Notes under the pieces: model-generated
Told to the model about the DNA's origin: nothing
Databases searched by the model: none
What the model saw: only the letters and a program-made list of their open reading frames with translations
Assembly (NCBI GenBank): GCA_963729895.1
Contig: CAVSQB010000015.1
Coordinates: 1 to 64,000, forward strand
From: an uncultured Fibrobacterota bacterium
GTDB lineage: Bacteria; Fibrobacterota; Chitinivibrionia; Chitinivibrionales; FEN-1185
Direction of reading: 5' to 3'
DNA: 64,000 bases
In this document: positions 1 through 10,090 of the stretch, one piece after another
Layout of the letters: each line of letters starts with the position of its first letter
Numbering within the stretch: position 1 is the stretch's first letter
Position numbers and translations under genes: made by a program

Positions 1-49
1 AATGCTTTGCTCCGCAGCCCGAAGTACCTTCTTTGGAGAGGAACCCGGC

Positions 50-691
50 ATGGGCTTCAATCTGTTCGATCTTCTTCTGCCGCGCAAGACCAAATTTTAC
101 ACTACATGGAGAAGCAGGTAGGGTACCTCGAAAAGGGGTGTTTTACCTTCAAAAGAACTCGTTGGAAAAATCAAGACGCTGTCCGAAGACGCGATAAAGA
201 AGGAACTCTTGGTCATCAAGGACTGTGAATCGAACGGCGACGTGGTTAAGCACACCATAATAGAGGAACCAAACAAGACGTTTATAACTCCAATCGACGG
301 GGATAGACATCCGCACGCTCGCCATCAACGTTGACCTGCCACTCAACATCCTGAACAGCATATCGCGAAAGATCGAAATCCACCAGATTCGCCAGGTGCG
401 CGCAAACGTGTGGAAATTCGCGGACATCATAGTGAAGGTCGCAGCGGAAATGTACCATGCCGTCCAGGACCTCAAGACCCATAGGAGCATCAAGGGCGTC
501 GCAACCCGGATGCATGACTGGAAATAGAGGCCGACGAACTGTTCCATGTGAGCATGGCGGAACTGTTCAAGGAAAAAGATCCTATCCACATAATCAAATT
601 CAAGGAAGTGTACCAGCAGCTCGAAAACGTCGTCGACGCTATCGACTACGTGGGCAAACTCATCCGCGGCATCAAGGTAAAGCAGGGTTAA
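50..691 (+). pseudogene. Frameshifted mirror copy of the DUF47 gene (possible sequencing artefact)
   Basis: ATG at 50 and TAA at 689-691 mirror 1371 and 730. Several 1-nt indels break the frame. Confidence 0.7.
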
Positions 692-729
692 CGCGGTGAT
701 AAGCAGCGTGAACGCTGCTTATCACCGCG

Positions 730-1371
730 TTAACCCTGCTTTACCTTGATGCCGCGGATGAGTTTGCCCACGTAGTCGATGGCGTCGACAACGTTTTCGA
801 GGTGCTCGTACACTTCCTTGAATTTGATGATATGGATGGGATCTTTTTCCTTGAACAGCTCCGCCATGCTCACGTGGAACAGTTCATCGGCCTCAATTTC
901 GAGTTCGTGCATCCGGGTTGCGACACCCTTGATGCTTTTATGGGTCTTGAGGTGCTGAACGGCGTGGTTCATTTCCGCTGCGATTTTCACTATGATGTCC
1001 GCGAACTTCCACACGTTTGCAGGCACCTGGCGTATTTGATAAATTTCGATTTTTCGCGATATGCTGTTCAGGATGTCGAGCGCCCGGTCAACGTTGATCG
1101 CGAGGGTGTGGATGTCTTCCCGGTCGATTGGAGTTATGAACGTCTTATTCAGTTCTTCTATTATGGTACGCTCCACCACGTCGCCGTTCGATTCGCAGTC
1201 CTTGATAACCAAAAGTTCCTTCTTTATCGCGTCTTCGGACAGCGTTTCGATTTTTCCAACGAGTTCTTTGAAGGTGGCGCACCCCTTTTCGAGGTACCCA
1301 ACCTGCTGCTCCATGTAAGTGTAAAACTTGGTTTCGCGAGGCAGAAGAAGGTCGAACAGGTTGAAACCCAT
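730..1371 (-). CDS. DUF47 / PhoU-like phosphate transport regulator (Pit accessory protein)
   Basis: 213 aa from MGFNLFDLLLPRE with LNKTFITPIDREDIH, HELEIEADELF and IKFKEVYEHLENVVD motifs. AAGGA RBS upstream. Confidence 0.9.
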   Translation of the reverse strand: MGFNLFDLLLPRETKFYTYMEQQVGYLEKGCATFKELVGKIETLSEDAIKKELLVIKDCESNGDVVERTIIEELNKTFITPIDREDIHTLAINVDRALDILNSISRKIEIYQIRQVPANVWKFADIIVKIAAEMNHAVQHLKTHKSIKGVATRMHELEIEADELFHVSMAELFKEKDPIHIIKFKEVYEHLENVVDAIDYVGKLIRGIKVKQG

Positions 1372-1428
1372 GCCGGGTTCCTTTCCAAAGAAGGGTATTT
1401 CGGCTGCGGACAAAAGCATTGAAATATA

Positions 1429-3071
1429 CCTGATTCCGTGAGATAAGGTTATTAAAAACAAATTGACGGCGTTGACAAGAACGAATATGGTTGCTAAGGC
1501 TTCTTGATAAGTTGTTGCCGGGGTGATTCCACTATGATTTGCGCTTCTGACCCCATGGTTGACAAATACACTCAACGTGTCGGTGGCGACGTTTGTTTGG
1601 TTACGGGTCTATTTCCGTTTATTGCTCTCCTTAGGTCAGCCATCCGTGGCGAACGCCAGATACGTTTGCGTCCACGCTATGCGGAGTTGATTCCGCCGCG
1701 ACAGGGCAAGCATCAACCGGCGGGCATGCGTTATCACGCGTGCTGCTATGTACATAAGATCCTGAATGACCTTCCGCAATCTCCGGCGTGCAACTTTCTT
1801 ACGCGGCACGTACCCCTTGTCGATTCCAACTTGGCCGCAGAGCCGCAGCATGTTGAACGCAAGAACCGCCAACGTCAACACCAATGCGTTGGTCGTGAAC
1901 TTCCCGCTGGGAAGCCGCTCCAGCGCCATATCACTCTTCAGCTCCGAGTGAAACTGCTCGCTGGTGCCATGATCCCGGTACGCTGCAATAACGTCGTCCG
2001 GGCCGGCGTTGCGTCTGCTCAGGCTCGTCCACCACGTGTGAACCTCTACATCCGGCAGCAGCAAGGCGTTTCCGTCGCGGTCGATTGTCCGTTCGATCAC
2101 CTCGAACACAACGCGCATGTTTTCGCCGTTTCTTTCCCGTATTGTCTCACCAACGTACACGGTCTTGCCTTCACGAGGATGACGCCAGTCACCGAGCGCT
2201 TGAGCATCCACGAGCCATTCGTCAATAGATTCCCTGCGTATGTTCCGTTTGATTATGTAATCGACCTTTTCCTTGCGGCAGACTCGCATGTTTTCAATAT
2301 CGTCATGTCCGGCATCAAGACGCACAAGGATCGAACGATCCGTTATTTTTCGAGCAAGGGCTATGGTCTTGCGCAGAAACTCCGGAGTTCCTTCCTGGCA
2401 ATGTTGTTTCCCTTCGCGCAACTCCGCGTTCAGCAGGTAGCCTTCCACGCCTATGTAGGCAAGCATCGGAGAATATCCCTCGAACAACTTGTACGTGCAG
2501 CTTACGCCTTCCTTATGAGAACCACTGTTGTCAAAAGGAGATACGTCAGCGTCAATCGGAATATACGGTCCAAAGCAGGCGGTGAGCCGTGGCGCTGCTT
2601 TTTTCAACAGGGACGCCGAAGCGGAAAGGACTGCGTTTTGAACGGTCAGGCCCGTTTCGTCCATTCGCTGCCGCAGTGTAGCCTCGGAAGGAACCGCTTT
2701 CAATCCAAGCATCTCCTGAAAATAGTCGTCTTCACGAAACTGCTCGACCCCGTCAAAGTCTGGTTTGGCAAGACACAAAAGCCCCGTCATGGTCAGCAGC
2801 GCGTCCGCGGTGCTTATACTCCCGCTCTTCTTGTCCGGAGTAACCTGCGAAACACGCTCGCGCAAACCGGATCGCTCCGCAAGCATCCCGATCATTGCCA
2901 TTCCACCATGGCTGGTCAGAAACTCGTCCGTCTCCGTGATTATCAACTTTCTCGGCTTTGGCATGACACCTTCCGGGTGAATAATGTGAACTGCCATTTA
3001 GTCAAGCACCATTCACCCTTAATCTACACGAAAAATCATCAAAATGCCAAAGTTTTTCTCACGGATTTAGG
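1429..3071 (-). mobile_element. IS1380-family insertion sequence, 1643 bp
   Basis: Terminal IRs CCTGATTCCGTGAGA (1429-1443) and TCTCACGGATTTAGG (3057-3071). 5-bp direct repeat ATATA at 1424-1428 and 3072-3076. Confidence 0.9.
1636..2997 (-). CDS. IS1380-family DDE transposase
   Basis: LTSHGG N-terminus, PSEATLRQR, IDADVS, VRLDAGHD and YRDHGTSEQFHSELKSDM motifs. The start could be 2964 (MPKP). Confidence 0.9.
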   Translation of the reverse strand: MAVHIIHPEGVMPKPRKLIITETDEFLTSHGGMAMIGMLAERSGLRERVSQVTPDKKSGSISTADALLTMTGLLCLAKPDFDGVEQFREDDYFQEMLGLKAVPSEATLRQRMDETGLTVQNAVLSASASLLKKAAPRLTACFGPYIPIDADVSPFDNSGSHKEGVSCTYKLFEGYSPMLAYIGVEGYLLNAELREGKQHCQEGTPEFLRKTIALARKITDRSILVRLDAGHDDIENMRVCRKEKVDYIIKRNIRRESIDEWLVDAQALGDWRHPREGKTVYVGETIRERNGENMRVVFEVIERTIDRDGNALLLPDVEVHTWWTSLSRRNAGPDDVIAAYRDHGTSEQFHSELKSDMALERLPSGKFTTNALVLTLAVLAFNMLRLCGQVGIDKGYVPRKKVARRRLRKVIQDLMYIAARVITHARRLMLALSRRNQLRIAWTQTYLAFATDG

Positions 3072-3140
3072 ATATAATTAAAACCTAACAGGAATCAAAT
3101 TAAGCGCTAACATGGTTTTATTAATCTGTTGGGAAAAAAC

Positions 3141-3307
3141 TCGGGCCCGCCGCCCATGTGGAGACATAGCGCGCTAGGTCTTCGCACGGGCGGCGCGCCC
3201 CTCCTTACGAGCTCGGCCTAAGGCCTCGGTGCCGCCAGCCCTGAGCCCTGCGGCGAAGGGTTAGGCGGCACTGCGCTTTAGCGCACTCTCCAGTCCGCCC
3301 TGGCGCG
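3141..3307. repeat. Structured intergenic element, copy 1 (divergent 5' part; core 3209-3307)
   Basis: Core GCTCGGC-loop-GCCTCGGTGCCG...CGGCACTGC-loop-GCAC..GTCC is shared with 18556-18729 and 28258-28397. Confidence 0.7.
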
Positions 3308-3662
3308 GAAGATGGGGTGTTACGCTTCCGCGGCCTCCATTGCTCATCGAAATTCTCAATTACCTTTTTGATTTATCGCCGCGAAGCGGCGTTCCACAAA
3401 GAAGGCGTTGCGGAAACGTGATGCGCGCACTGCGCAAGCAGTGCGCCTCGCGCACGTTTCCGCTGGACTGCGACTACGACTACATGCGTACCTAAGGAAG
3501 CAGAGGCGATTACCACTGCATTGTAGCAGAAGGAGCCAACGGGTATGGGTGCAGATGACTTCCAACGCGCTATTGTCAAGTGAAGAGGATGAGACGGCGT
3601 GTTGGAGGAAGCTGCACCCTGGGGGAAACCGCGAAGCGGTTGCCCCACCAAATCAAGAAGAA

Positions 3663-6389
3663 TTACTTAGCCTTCGTCCCCATCTCTTTCAATATCCTTT
3701 GGACCTCATTCATCGCGGCGCCGTACCCGGCCCAGTTCTTCTTCGTGAGTTCTTCCTGCGCCTTCTCGAACTGGCGGTTGGCGTCACTGATGAGATTCTT
3801 GACAGATGCAGACTCGGGGACCTGCGCCGCGGCAGCCTGGTTCACCGTCTCGGCCTGCTGTGACTGTACCGTCCCGCCGAAAATAGCGCCCAGGGATTTT
3901 TCCAGGGTTTCCTCCATCGCGATGTTCTTGCCGTAGGAAACAAGCACGCGCTTGAGCTCGGGAACGCCGCCGCTTTCCGCAGCAAGATACAGGGGCTGGA
4001 CATACAGGAGCGACTGTTCCACCGGGATAACGAGCAGACTGCCCCAGATCACCCGCGAACCGCCCTGGTTCCACAGAGTAATCTGCTTTGATATTTCCGG
4101 GTCCTGGTTGATGCGCGATTCTATCTGGCTGGGACCGTACACAAGCTGCTGCTTGGGGAAATCGAACACCAGGAGCTTGCCATAGTTTGGCTCGTCGCAC
4201 CGGGCCGCCAGCCAGGCAATCATGTTCTGCTTCTTTGCGGGAGAGAACGGCACCATGAGAATAAACTCCTCCTGAGTCCCCACTTCGGCGAGCTTCATGA
4301 TGGTGTAATACGGCGTCATCTGCCCGGTTTCGCCTTCCGAAAAGCTTTCCGGTATCCGCCACAGGTCTTCCTTGTTGTAAAAGACCTGCGGGTCGGTCAT
4401 GTGATAGAGCGCATACACGTTTGCCTGGATGCCGAACAACGATTGCGGGTAGCGAATGTGACTGCGCAGGTCCGCGGGCATGTCGGACATGGGCTTGAAC
4501 ACACCGGGAAAGATGTTCGCGTAGGCCCTGATGATCGGGTCTTTTGGATCGGCGACATAATACGACACAGTGCCGTTGTATGCATCTATGGTGACCTTCA
4601 CCGAATTGCGAATGTAGTTACCCAAGGTGCGCACATACGCCGAATACGGGTACGCGCCGGATGTGGTGTACGCGTCGATGAACCACATCAGCCTGCCGTC
4701 TTTGGCGATCACCATGTAGGGATCGGAATCGTAGGAAAGAAACGGCATGGCCTTGTTCACCCGCTCGCCGATCTTGCGGTAATAGAGAATTCTGCTTTGG
4801 GGAGAGATGTCGGTGGAAAGAATGATTTTGATCTCGCCGAAGCGGCCCACGAACAGCAGTTTCTTGAGAAGTCCTCCCATGCTGACGCCGCCGGTCCCCT
4901 TGTATTCGGTGTACACGTTCTGGTCGCCCGAAGGATAATCGAATTCCTTGGAGCGCGTATTGACAATGGCATACCCGGCGTCGGATTCCCCATAGTAAAT
5001 TTCAGGCCGCGTCACCCTGATGTCCGCGTTCGATACAGGCGGGATATTCTCCACGAAAAATTCCGGGAGGCCCTCGGCGGTCACGTTGTTCACCGGTCCC
5101 ATGCACAGGCCGTACCCGTGGGTGTACGAAAGGTGCTCGTTGATCCAGATCCGGCTGGGCAGGCTCGCGGGCACGAGTTCGCGCGACGACAACATCACTT
5201 GGCGGTATTTGCCGTTTATCATGTACCGGTCGTTGTCGACGTCGAGGAACTTGTAGTAGGTGCGGATCTCCTGCAACTGGGAAAACGTGGTGAGCAGCGG
5301 CGCGTTGTCCCACAGCCTGATATTCTTGACGGTAAGGTCGTTCTTCTGAAGAAGCTCAGGCGTAAGATTGTCGGTGGGGGAAAAGTGCTTCTGTTCTATG
5401 ACGTCAAGGTTGTAGGCGGCGCGCGTGCTTTTGATGCTCCAATTGATGTAAGGGGTTTCTTTGGACACTTCATTGGGCGCAACCACGAATTTCTGCACCA
5501 GGCCGCTGGCTCCCCTACCGACCAGGTTGAGCAGGAACACAAGCAGAATGCCCGCAACCGCGAACCTGAGCGTCTTGGTCCAGACGTTGACCCATACGAG
5601 TAGTGCCGCCGCGAGGCAGATGTAGCGCATGATCCTGAGGAACGGCAGATAGTAGTGAATGTCGGCGAATCCCGCGCCGTTCACGATGTGGCCGCTGCCG
5701 GTCACCATGTCGTACATGCGAAACTGGAAATAGAAGAACAGCGACGCCACCGCAAGCCCGGTGAGCGCCAGGATATGCGCCTTTGCCGCGCCGGCTGCCG
5801 ATATCCAACGGCCGGTAAAGGTGATATTCTGGCGCAGGAAATACACCACGAAGCTGCCCACAAGCGACAACACGCATATGGCAAGCGCACCGTTGTAGAC
5901 AAGTCGGTAGAAGGGCAACAAGAAGACGTAGAAGCCCACGTCTTTTCCCAGGAGCGGGTCCGCGGTGCCGAACGCCACGGCGCCCTTATACTTAAGGTAC
6001 AGGTCACAGTAGCCGTTTGCAACGCTGGCGATAAGAAACGCCGCGACGATGGCCGCAGCAGGAAGCACGAATTTCACAAACGGCATTACCCCGTACGCTT
6101 CGACATAGGCGAGAAGCGGGGACCGCGACGAATGCGTGAGCGGCCTGGACAGCTTCTGAGCAAGAAGGAGATTGCCGTAGATCACCACCAGCGCTACGAG
6201 CCCGGCCAGGACAGTCACCCCCGCCTGAGCAGTGAGCATGGTAACAAAAACGCGCGCGTAACCGAGCTCTTGATACCAGAAATAATCCGTTACGAAAGTG
6301 GCGATATTCTTTGCAAACACCACGATGAGCAGGACCGCGATTGCCGCGATCCACCAGCCGAGGTGCCGTATTCTTGCGGGAGTGGCCAT
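3663..6389 (-). CDS. UPF0182 family membrane protein
   Basis: 908 aa from MATPARIRH with AGGAGA RBS. Multiple TM helices, NIRLWD, HLSYTHGYG, RPEIYYGE, NYIRNSVK, HIRYP and YVQPLYL motifs. Confidence 0.93.
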   Translation of the reverse strand: MATPARIRHLGWWIAAIAVLLIVVFAKNIATFVTDYFWYQELGYARVFVTMLTAQAGVTVLAGLVALVVIYGNLLLAQKLSRPLTHSSRSPLLAYVEAYGVMPFVKFVLPAAAIVAAFLIASVANGYCDLYLKYKGAVAFGTADPLLGKDVGFYVFLLPFYRLVYNGALAICVLSLVGSFVVYFLRQNITFTGRWISAAGAAKAHILALTGLAVASLFFYFQFRMYDMVTGSGHIVNGAGFADIHYYLPFLRIMRYICLAAALLVWVNVWTKTLRFAVAGILLVFLLNLVGRGASGLVQKFVVAPNEVSKETPYINWSIKSTRAAYNLDVIEQKHFSPTDNLTPELLQKNDLTVKNIRLWDNAPLLTTFSQLQEIRTYYKFLDVDNDRYMINGKYRQVMLSSRELVPASLPSRIWINEHLSYTHGYGLCMGPVNNVTAEGLPEFFVENIPPVSNADIRVTRPEIYYGESDAGYAIVNTRSKEFDYPSGDQNVYTEYKGTGGVSMGGLLKKLLFVGRFGEIKIILSTDISPQSRILYYRKIGERVNKAMPFLSYDSDPYMVIAKDGRLMWFIDAYTTSGAYPYSAYVRTLGNYIRNSVKVTIDAYNGTVSYYVADPKDPIIRAYANIFPGVFKPMSDMPADLRSHIRYPQSLFGIQANVYALYHMTDPQVFYNKEDLWRIPESFSEGETGQMTPYYTIMKLAEVGTQEEFILMVPFSPAKKQNMIAWLAARCDEPNYGKLLVFDFPKQQLVYGPSQIESRINQDPEISKQITLWNQGGSRVIWGSLLVIPVEQSLLYVQPLYLAAESGGVPELKRVLVSYGKNIAMEETLEKSLGAIFGGTVQSQQAETVNQAAAAQVPESASVKNLISDANRQFEKAQEELTKKNWAGYGAAMNEVQRILKEMGTKAK

Positions 6390-6654
6390 TAAATTCTCCT
6401 TTTCTCGGGGGAATGGAATTGTCGGACGGAATTGAAGAACCTCGTCCCGCGGGACAAGGAATCTTCCATCCCTATGGAAAAAAACATATCTATAGTCGCT
6501 CGCTAACCCCGAAGCAACCTTCGGGGAAAAGGCAAACGACACAATAATAGGCGCGTAGCGCCACTACCATACCTTAGGGAACGCAGTGACAATGCGCTCG
6601 CTATGGGATCAAATTTGTTGCTGCACAGGTAAAATGACCGCGTGCGTCGTTCAA

Positions 6655-8391
6655 CTACTTCTTCTTCTCCTCCTCGGGCGCCACGGGCTTGGGCTTTATC
6701 TTGGGCGCGCACAGTTCGCACGCCCCAGGAACCGAAATTCCTTCTACGTCCCATCGCGACCGGGCCTCAACGGTGTCCGGAAAAATCCGGTATTCTTCCG
6801 GAGGCCGCCACGGGACAAGGCTGCCCAAAGTGGGCGTGTTATCTCCGTTAAGATCGAGGAAGAAGGCGATCCTTCCCTTGCCCGCGGGTATCGTGTCGAA
6901 CCGGAACTGGCCGGCGCTGTCCCTGCTGATATACGCCTTCTGCTTTCCAAACGGAAGAAACTGCCATTTGCGAATGGTGTCGCCCTTGAGGCAGGCCGCG
7001 CCGCCGGTAATGCTAAGGCACAGTTCCTGCTCGGCGGTTGTCCTGAACTTTACCGTAATGCCCGCCGAGTCTTTGGGACTATTCCCGGCCGCGTCCGCAA
7101 ACATCGAATCGGGCATGGCTATCGCGTAGTCCGTGCCGGGCGCAAGCGGATGCTTCACGGTAAGAACCGTGGTGTCGCCGAGTTTCTGAGAGATGTCTAC
7201 ACCCGTCTTTGTCCCCATCGTGTCGATGCAATACCATTTTTGCTTTATGGCAAGCACCGGTTTGGACCAAAATAGCCTTACTACCGGTTTGATATCGGCG
7301 TTAGCCTGCGGGTCGGATCCCTTAACAACCGGTACGGTTGTGTCTGCCGAGGCCACGCCGTTGAACCGGATGGTGTCCGGCTCGAAAACGCCCTTCCCGA
7401 ACAGGAGGGGCGACTGTTTCGTGTATACGAGCCGGAACGGGGCCAGGCCGAGCGTATCGGCAAGCATGAGCAGGAAACGCTGCGTATGATACACGGAAAC
7501 ATATTGTTTGATCGCCACCTGCCGTTTCGATTCCGCTCCTTCCACGCGCCACGCGCCGGCATACGCCGAATCGGGCATGCCGGCGCCGCCCGTCCATTCT
7601 CCTGCGACGCACACGGCCGACACGGCCCTCAGCGCCGCAACGTGCCGGGTGGTGGTGTCGCAGACAACCCCGAACAGCGTGAGCGGCCCCACGACCTTGT
7701 CGAGCACGAATTTCTTCTTCGCCGGCGCAAACACCGCCTCGCGTTGCGGATCGAGTTTGTTGTTGCCGTTGTCGTCGCAGAAGGCAAGCAGTTCGTAGGT
7801 GCCGCGGTGAATGTTGTCAAAAGAAAATATGCCCGCGCTGTCGGTCTGGGTGAGATAGCTCGGCATGCCGAAACAAATGGTATCGCTGGTGTCGGATTCG
7901 CTCCGAGCATACATCGCAACTTTCGGCTGCAGGGCCTTGGCTTCGCCGACAATCACGCACCCGAATACGTGGCCGCTGTCGATGCTCGGTCCGGTGGAAA
8001 AAAAGTACTGGTACGGCGTTCCAATGGAGTTGGAATGCAAATCAGACAGGGAGGTGTTGAAGATAATGTGATACGTGGTGGAATCGGCATACGCGCGCTT
8101 GGGCTTGACGAATACCTTTCTGCCAGATACGGAAATCTTGACGCCACCTTGCGGAGCGGGAAATACGCTCAGGAACTTCTCGGGCGTCTGCGGGTTTATC
8201 CACTTTGTGAAATAAAAAACGACCGTGGTTTTCCGCGGCACATTTATGGACCCTTTGGGCGGCGTGGCCGACACGACGCCGGGAGGCGTTTTATCGTCGG
8301 GTCCGCCCGTGGGAGGAACCTGGTGTGCGCAGGTAAGCAGCACGGCGACGCCGGCCGCAATAAAACGCAGAAAATGATTCCGAAACCGCAT
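6655..8391 (-). CDS. Ig-like (Big_5-type) domain lipoprotein
   Basis: Signal peptide with lipobox-like LLTC followed by AHQVPPTGGPDDKTPP. Two Ig-like repeats and DxNGNxxxD loops. AAGGAG RBS. Confidence 0.8.
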   Translation of the reverse strand: MRFRNHFLRFIAAGVAVLLTCAHQVPPTGGPDDKTPPGVVSATPPKGSINVPRKTTVVFYFTKWINPQTPEKFLSVFPAPQGGVKISVSGRKVFVKPKRAYADSTTYHIIFNTSLSDLHSNSIGTPYQYFFSTGPSIDSGHVFGCVIVGEAKALQPKVAMYARSESDTSDTICFGMPSYLTQTDSAGIFSFDNIHRGTYELLAFCDDNGNNKLDPQREAVFAPAKKKFVLDKVVGPLTLFGVVCDTTTRHVAALRAVSAVCVAGEWTGGAGMPDSAYAGAWRVEGAESKRQVAIKQYVSVYHTQRFLLMLADTLGLAPFRLVYTKQSPLLFGKGVFEPDTIRFNGVASADTTVPVVKGSDPQANADIKPVVRLFWSKPVLAIKQKWYCIDTMGTKTGVDISQKLGDTTVLTVKHPLAPGTDYAIAMPDSMFADAAGNSPKDSAGITVKFRTTAEQELCLSITGGAACLKGDTIRKWQFLPFGKQKAYISRDSAGQFRFDTIPAGKGRIAFFLDLNGDNTPTLGSLVPWRPPEEYRIFPDTVEARSRWDVEGISVPGACELCAPKIKPKPVAPEEEKKK

Positions 8392-8657
8392 GGGAACGAT
8401 GCACTCCTTGCTCAACGATATAACTACTCTTTGAAAACAGCCCGCACCCGACAGAAGAAATTAAAACAAAGCGGGGTATTGAAGCGAGGATTTGTTGGCG
8501 CTCTCCGGTTTCCAGGCGCACAAGGCCTCGGCAGCAGGTTTCGCCGCTCCACGAAGGACGTGCGGGCCGGAACGAATCAATTTTTGAATTTTCGTCAAGC
8601 ATCAACTATTTTTTCACCCTTACCGGTTTCATCTTCAGCATAAAGGAGCCTTTTCTC

Positions 8658-10088
8658 ATGGCACGTCAAGTTACCATCTGGGAAAACCTTCCCTATCAGG
8701 TCGCGGATATGGGTTTGGCCGACTGGGGACGCAAGGAAATGGATATCGCGGAAAAGGAAATGCCCGGCCTCATGGCCGTGCGCGAAAAATATGCGGTCGA
8801 ACAGCCCCTCAAGGGCGTGCGCATTTCCGGATCGCTTCACATGACCATCCAGACCGCGGTGCTCATAGAGACGCTCATCAAGCTCGGCGCAACCGTGCGC
8901 TGGGCCTCGTGTAATATCTTTTCAACACAGGACCACGCGGCCGCGGCTGTTGCAAAAGCGGGCGTCCCGGTGTTCGCCTGGAAAGGCGAATCGCTCGAAG
9001 AGTACTGGGCATGCACGTTTCAGGCCCTCACGTTTTCCGGCAACAAGGGACCGGAGCTCATCGTTGACGACGGCGGGGACGCAACGCTTCTCATTCACAA
9101 AGGATACGAACTCGAAAACGGCGACACGTGGATCAATTCCGCTTCTGCAAGCCACGAAGAAGGCGTTATCAAGGACCTTCTGAGAAACGTGCACCAGAAG
9201 AGGCCCAATCACTGGCACGACGTCGTGAAGGAATGGAAGGGCGTGTCGGAAGAGACCACCACCGGCGTGCACCGGTTGTACCAGATGGAGCAGGGGCGCA
9301 GGCTTCTGGTCCCGGCAATCAACGTGAACGACTCGGTGACAAAATCGAAATTCGACAATATCTACGGCTGCAGGCATTCCCTCGCGGACGGGATCCTGCG
9401 CGCCATGGACGTGATGCTCGCAGGCAAGATCGCGGTGATTTGCGGCTACGGCGATGTGGGCAAAGGCTCGGCCGAATCGCTGTCGGGCCAGAAGGCGCAG
9501 GTGTGGATCACGGAAATCGACCCGATTTGCGCCCTGCAGGCAGCCATGGCCGGGTACAAGGTCACCACGGTCGAAGACGCTCTCCCTTTTGCCAATATAT
9601 ACGTGACAACAACGGGCAACTGCGAAATCATCACGATAGACCATATGGCAAAAATGCGAGACCAGTCGATTGTGTGCAATATCGGCCACTTCGACAACGA
9701 GATCCAGGTGGACAAGCTGAACAATTACCCGAACATCAAGCGCGTCACCATCAAACCGCAGGTTGACAAGTACATATTCCCCGACGGCCACTGCATTTAC
9801 CTGCTTGCCGAAGGCCGGCTCGTGAACCTCGGCTGCGCAACCGGCCACCCCAGTTTCGTGATGTCCAATTCGTTCACAAACCAGACCCTTGCCCAGATCG
9901 ACTTGTGGAAGAACAAGGGCGTCTATGCGCCGGGCGTCTACCGGCTTCCCAAGAAACTCGATGAAGAAGTGGCGAGGCTGCACCTGGAAAAAATCGGCGT
10001 GAAGCTGACGAAACTGAGCAAGAAGCAGGCTGAGTACATCGGGGTTCCTGTGGACGGGCCATACAAGCCCGAGCACTACAGGTACTGA
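8658..10088 (+). CDS. ahcY: Adenosylhomocysteinase (SAH hydrolase)
   Basis: [59 protein letters not shown] and KPEHYRY motifs. Confidence 0.98.
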   Translation: MARQVTIWENLPYQVADMGLADWGRKEMDIAEKEMPGLMAVREKYAVEQPLKGVRISGSLHMTIQTAVLIETLIKLGATVRWASCNIFSTQDHAAAAVAKAGVPVFAWKGESLEEYWACTFQALTFSGNKGPELIVDDGGDATLLIHKGYELENGDTWINSASASHEEGVIKDLLRNVHQKRPNHWHDVVKEWKGVSEETTTGVHRLYQMEQGRRLLVPAINVNDSVTKSKFDNIYGCRHSLADGILRAMDVMLAGKIAVICGYGDVGKGSAESLSGQKAQVWITEIDPICALQAAMAGYKVTTVEDALPFANIYVTTTGNCEIITIDHMAKMRDQSIVCNIGHFDNEIQVDKLNNYPNIKRVTIKPQVDKYIFPDGHCIYLLAEGRLVNLGCATGHPSFVMSNSFTNQTLAQIDLWKNKGVYAPGVYRLPKKLDEEVARLHLEKIGVKLTKLSKKQAEYIGVPVDGPYKPEHYRY

Positions 10089-10090
10089 GA

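Larger units (their letters stand above)
1..1420. repeat. Long imperfect inverted repeat (fold-back), arms 1-709 and 712-1420, centre 710/711
   Basis: Positions 640-709 are the exact reverse complement of 712-781 (...GATAAGCAGCGT-GA-ACGCTGCTTATC...). Similarity continues with substitutions and small indels to position 1, which pairs with 1420. Confidence 0.97.

Noticed and set aside
1..1420. Diversity-generating retroelement template/variable repeat pair
   Set aside because: Mismatches are not adenine-specific, they include indels, and there is no reverse transcriptase in the window.
1504..3081. 525-aa + strand ORF, and similar long antisense ORFs (4401-5603, 8922-10076, 34635-36446)
   Set aside because: These are shadow frames opposite well-supported genes in GC-rich DNA, with no recognisable motifs.
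8480..8657. Canonical SAH riboswitch upstream of ahcY
   Set aside because: The GAGGAGCG...CAGGCUC...CGCUC core is not found in the sense orientation.
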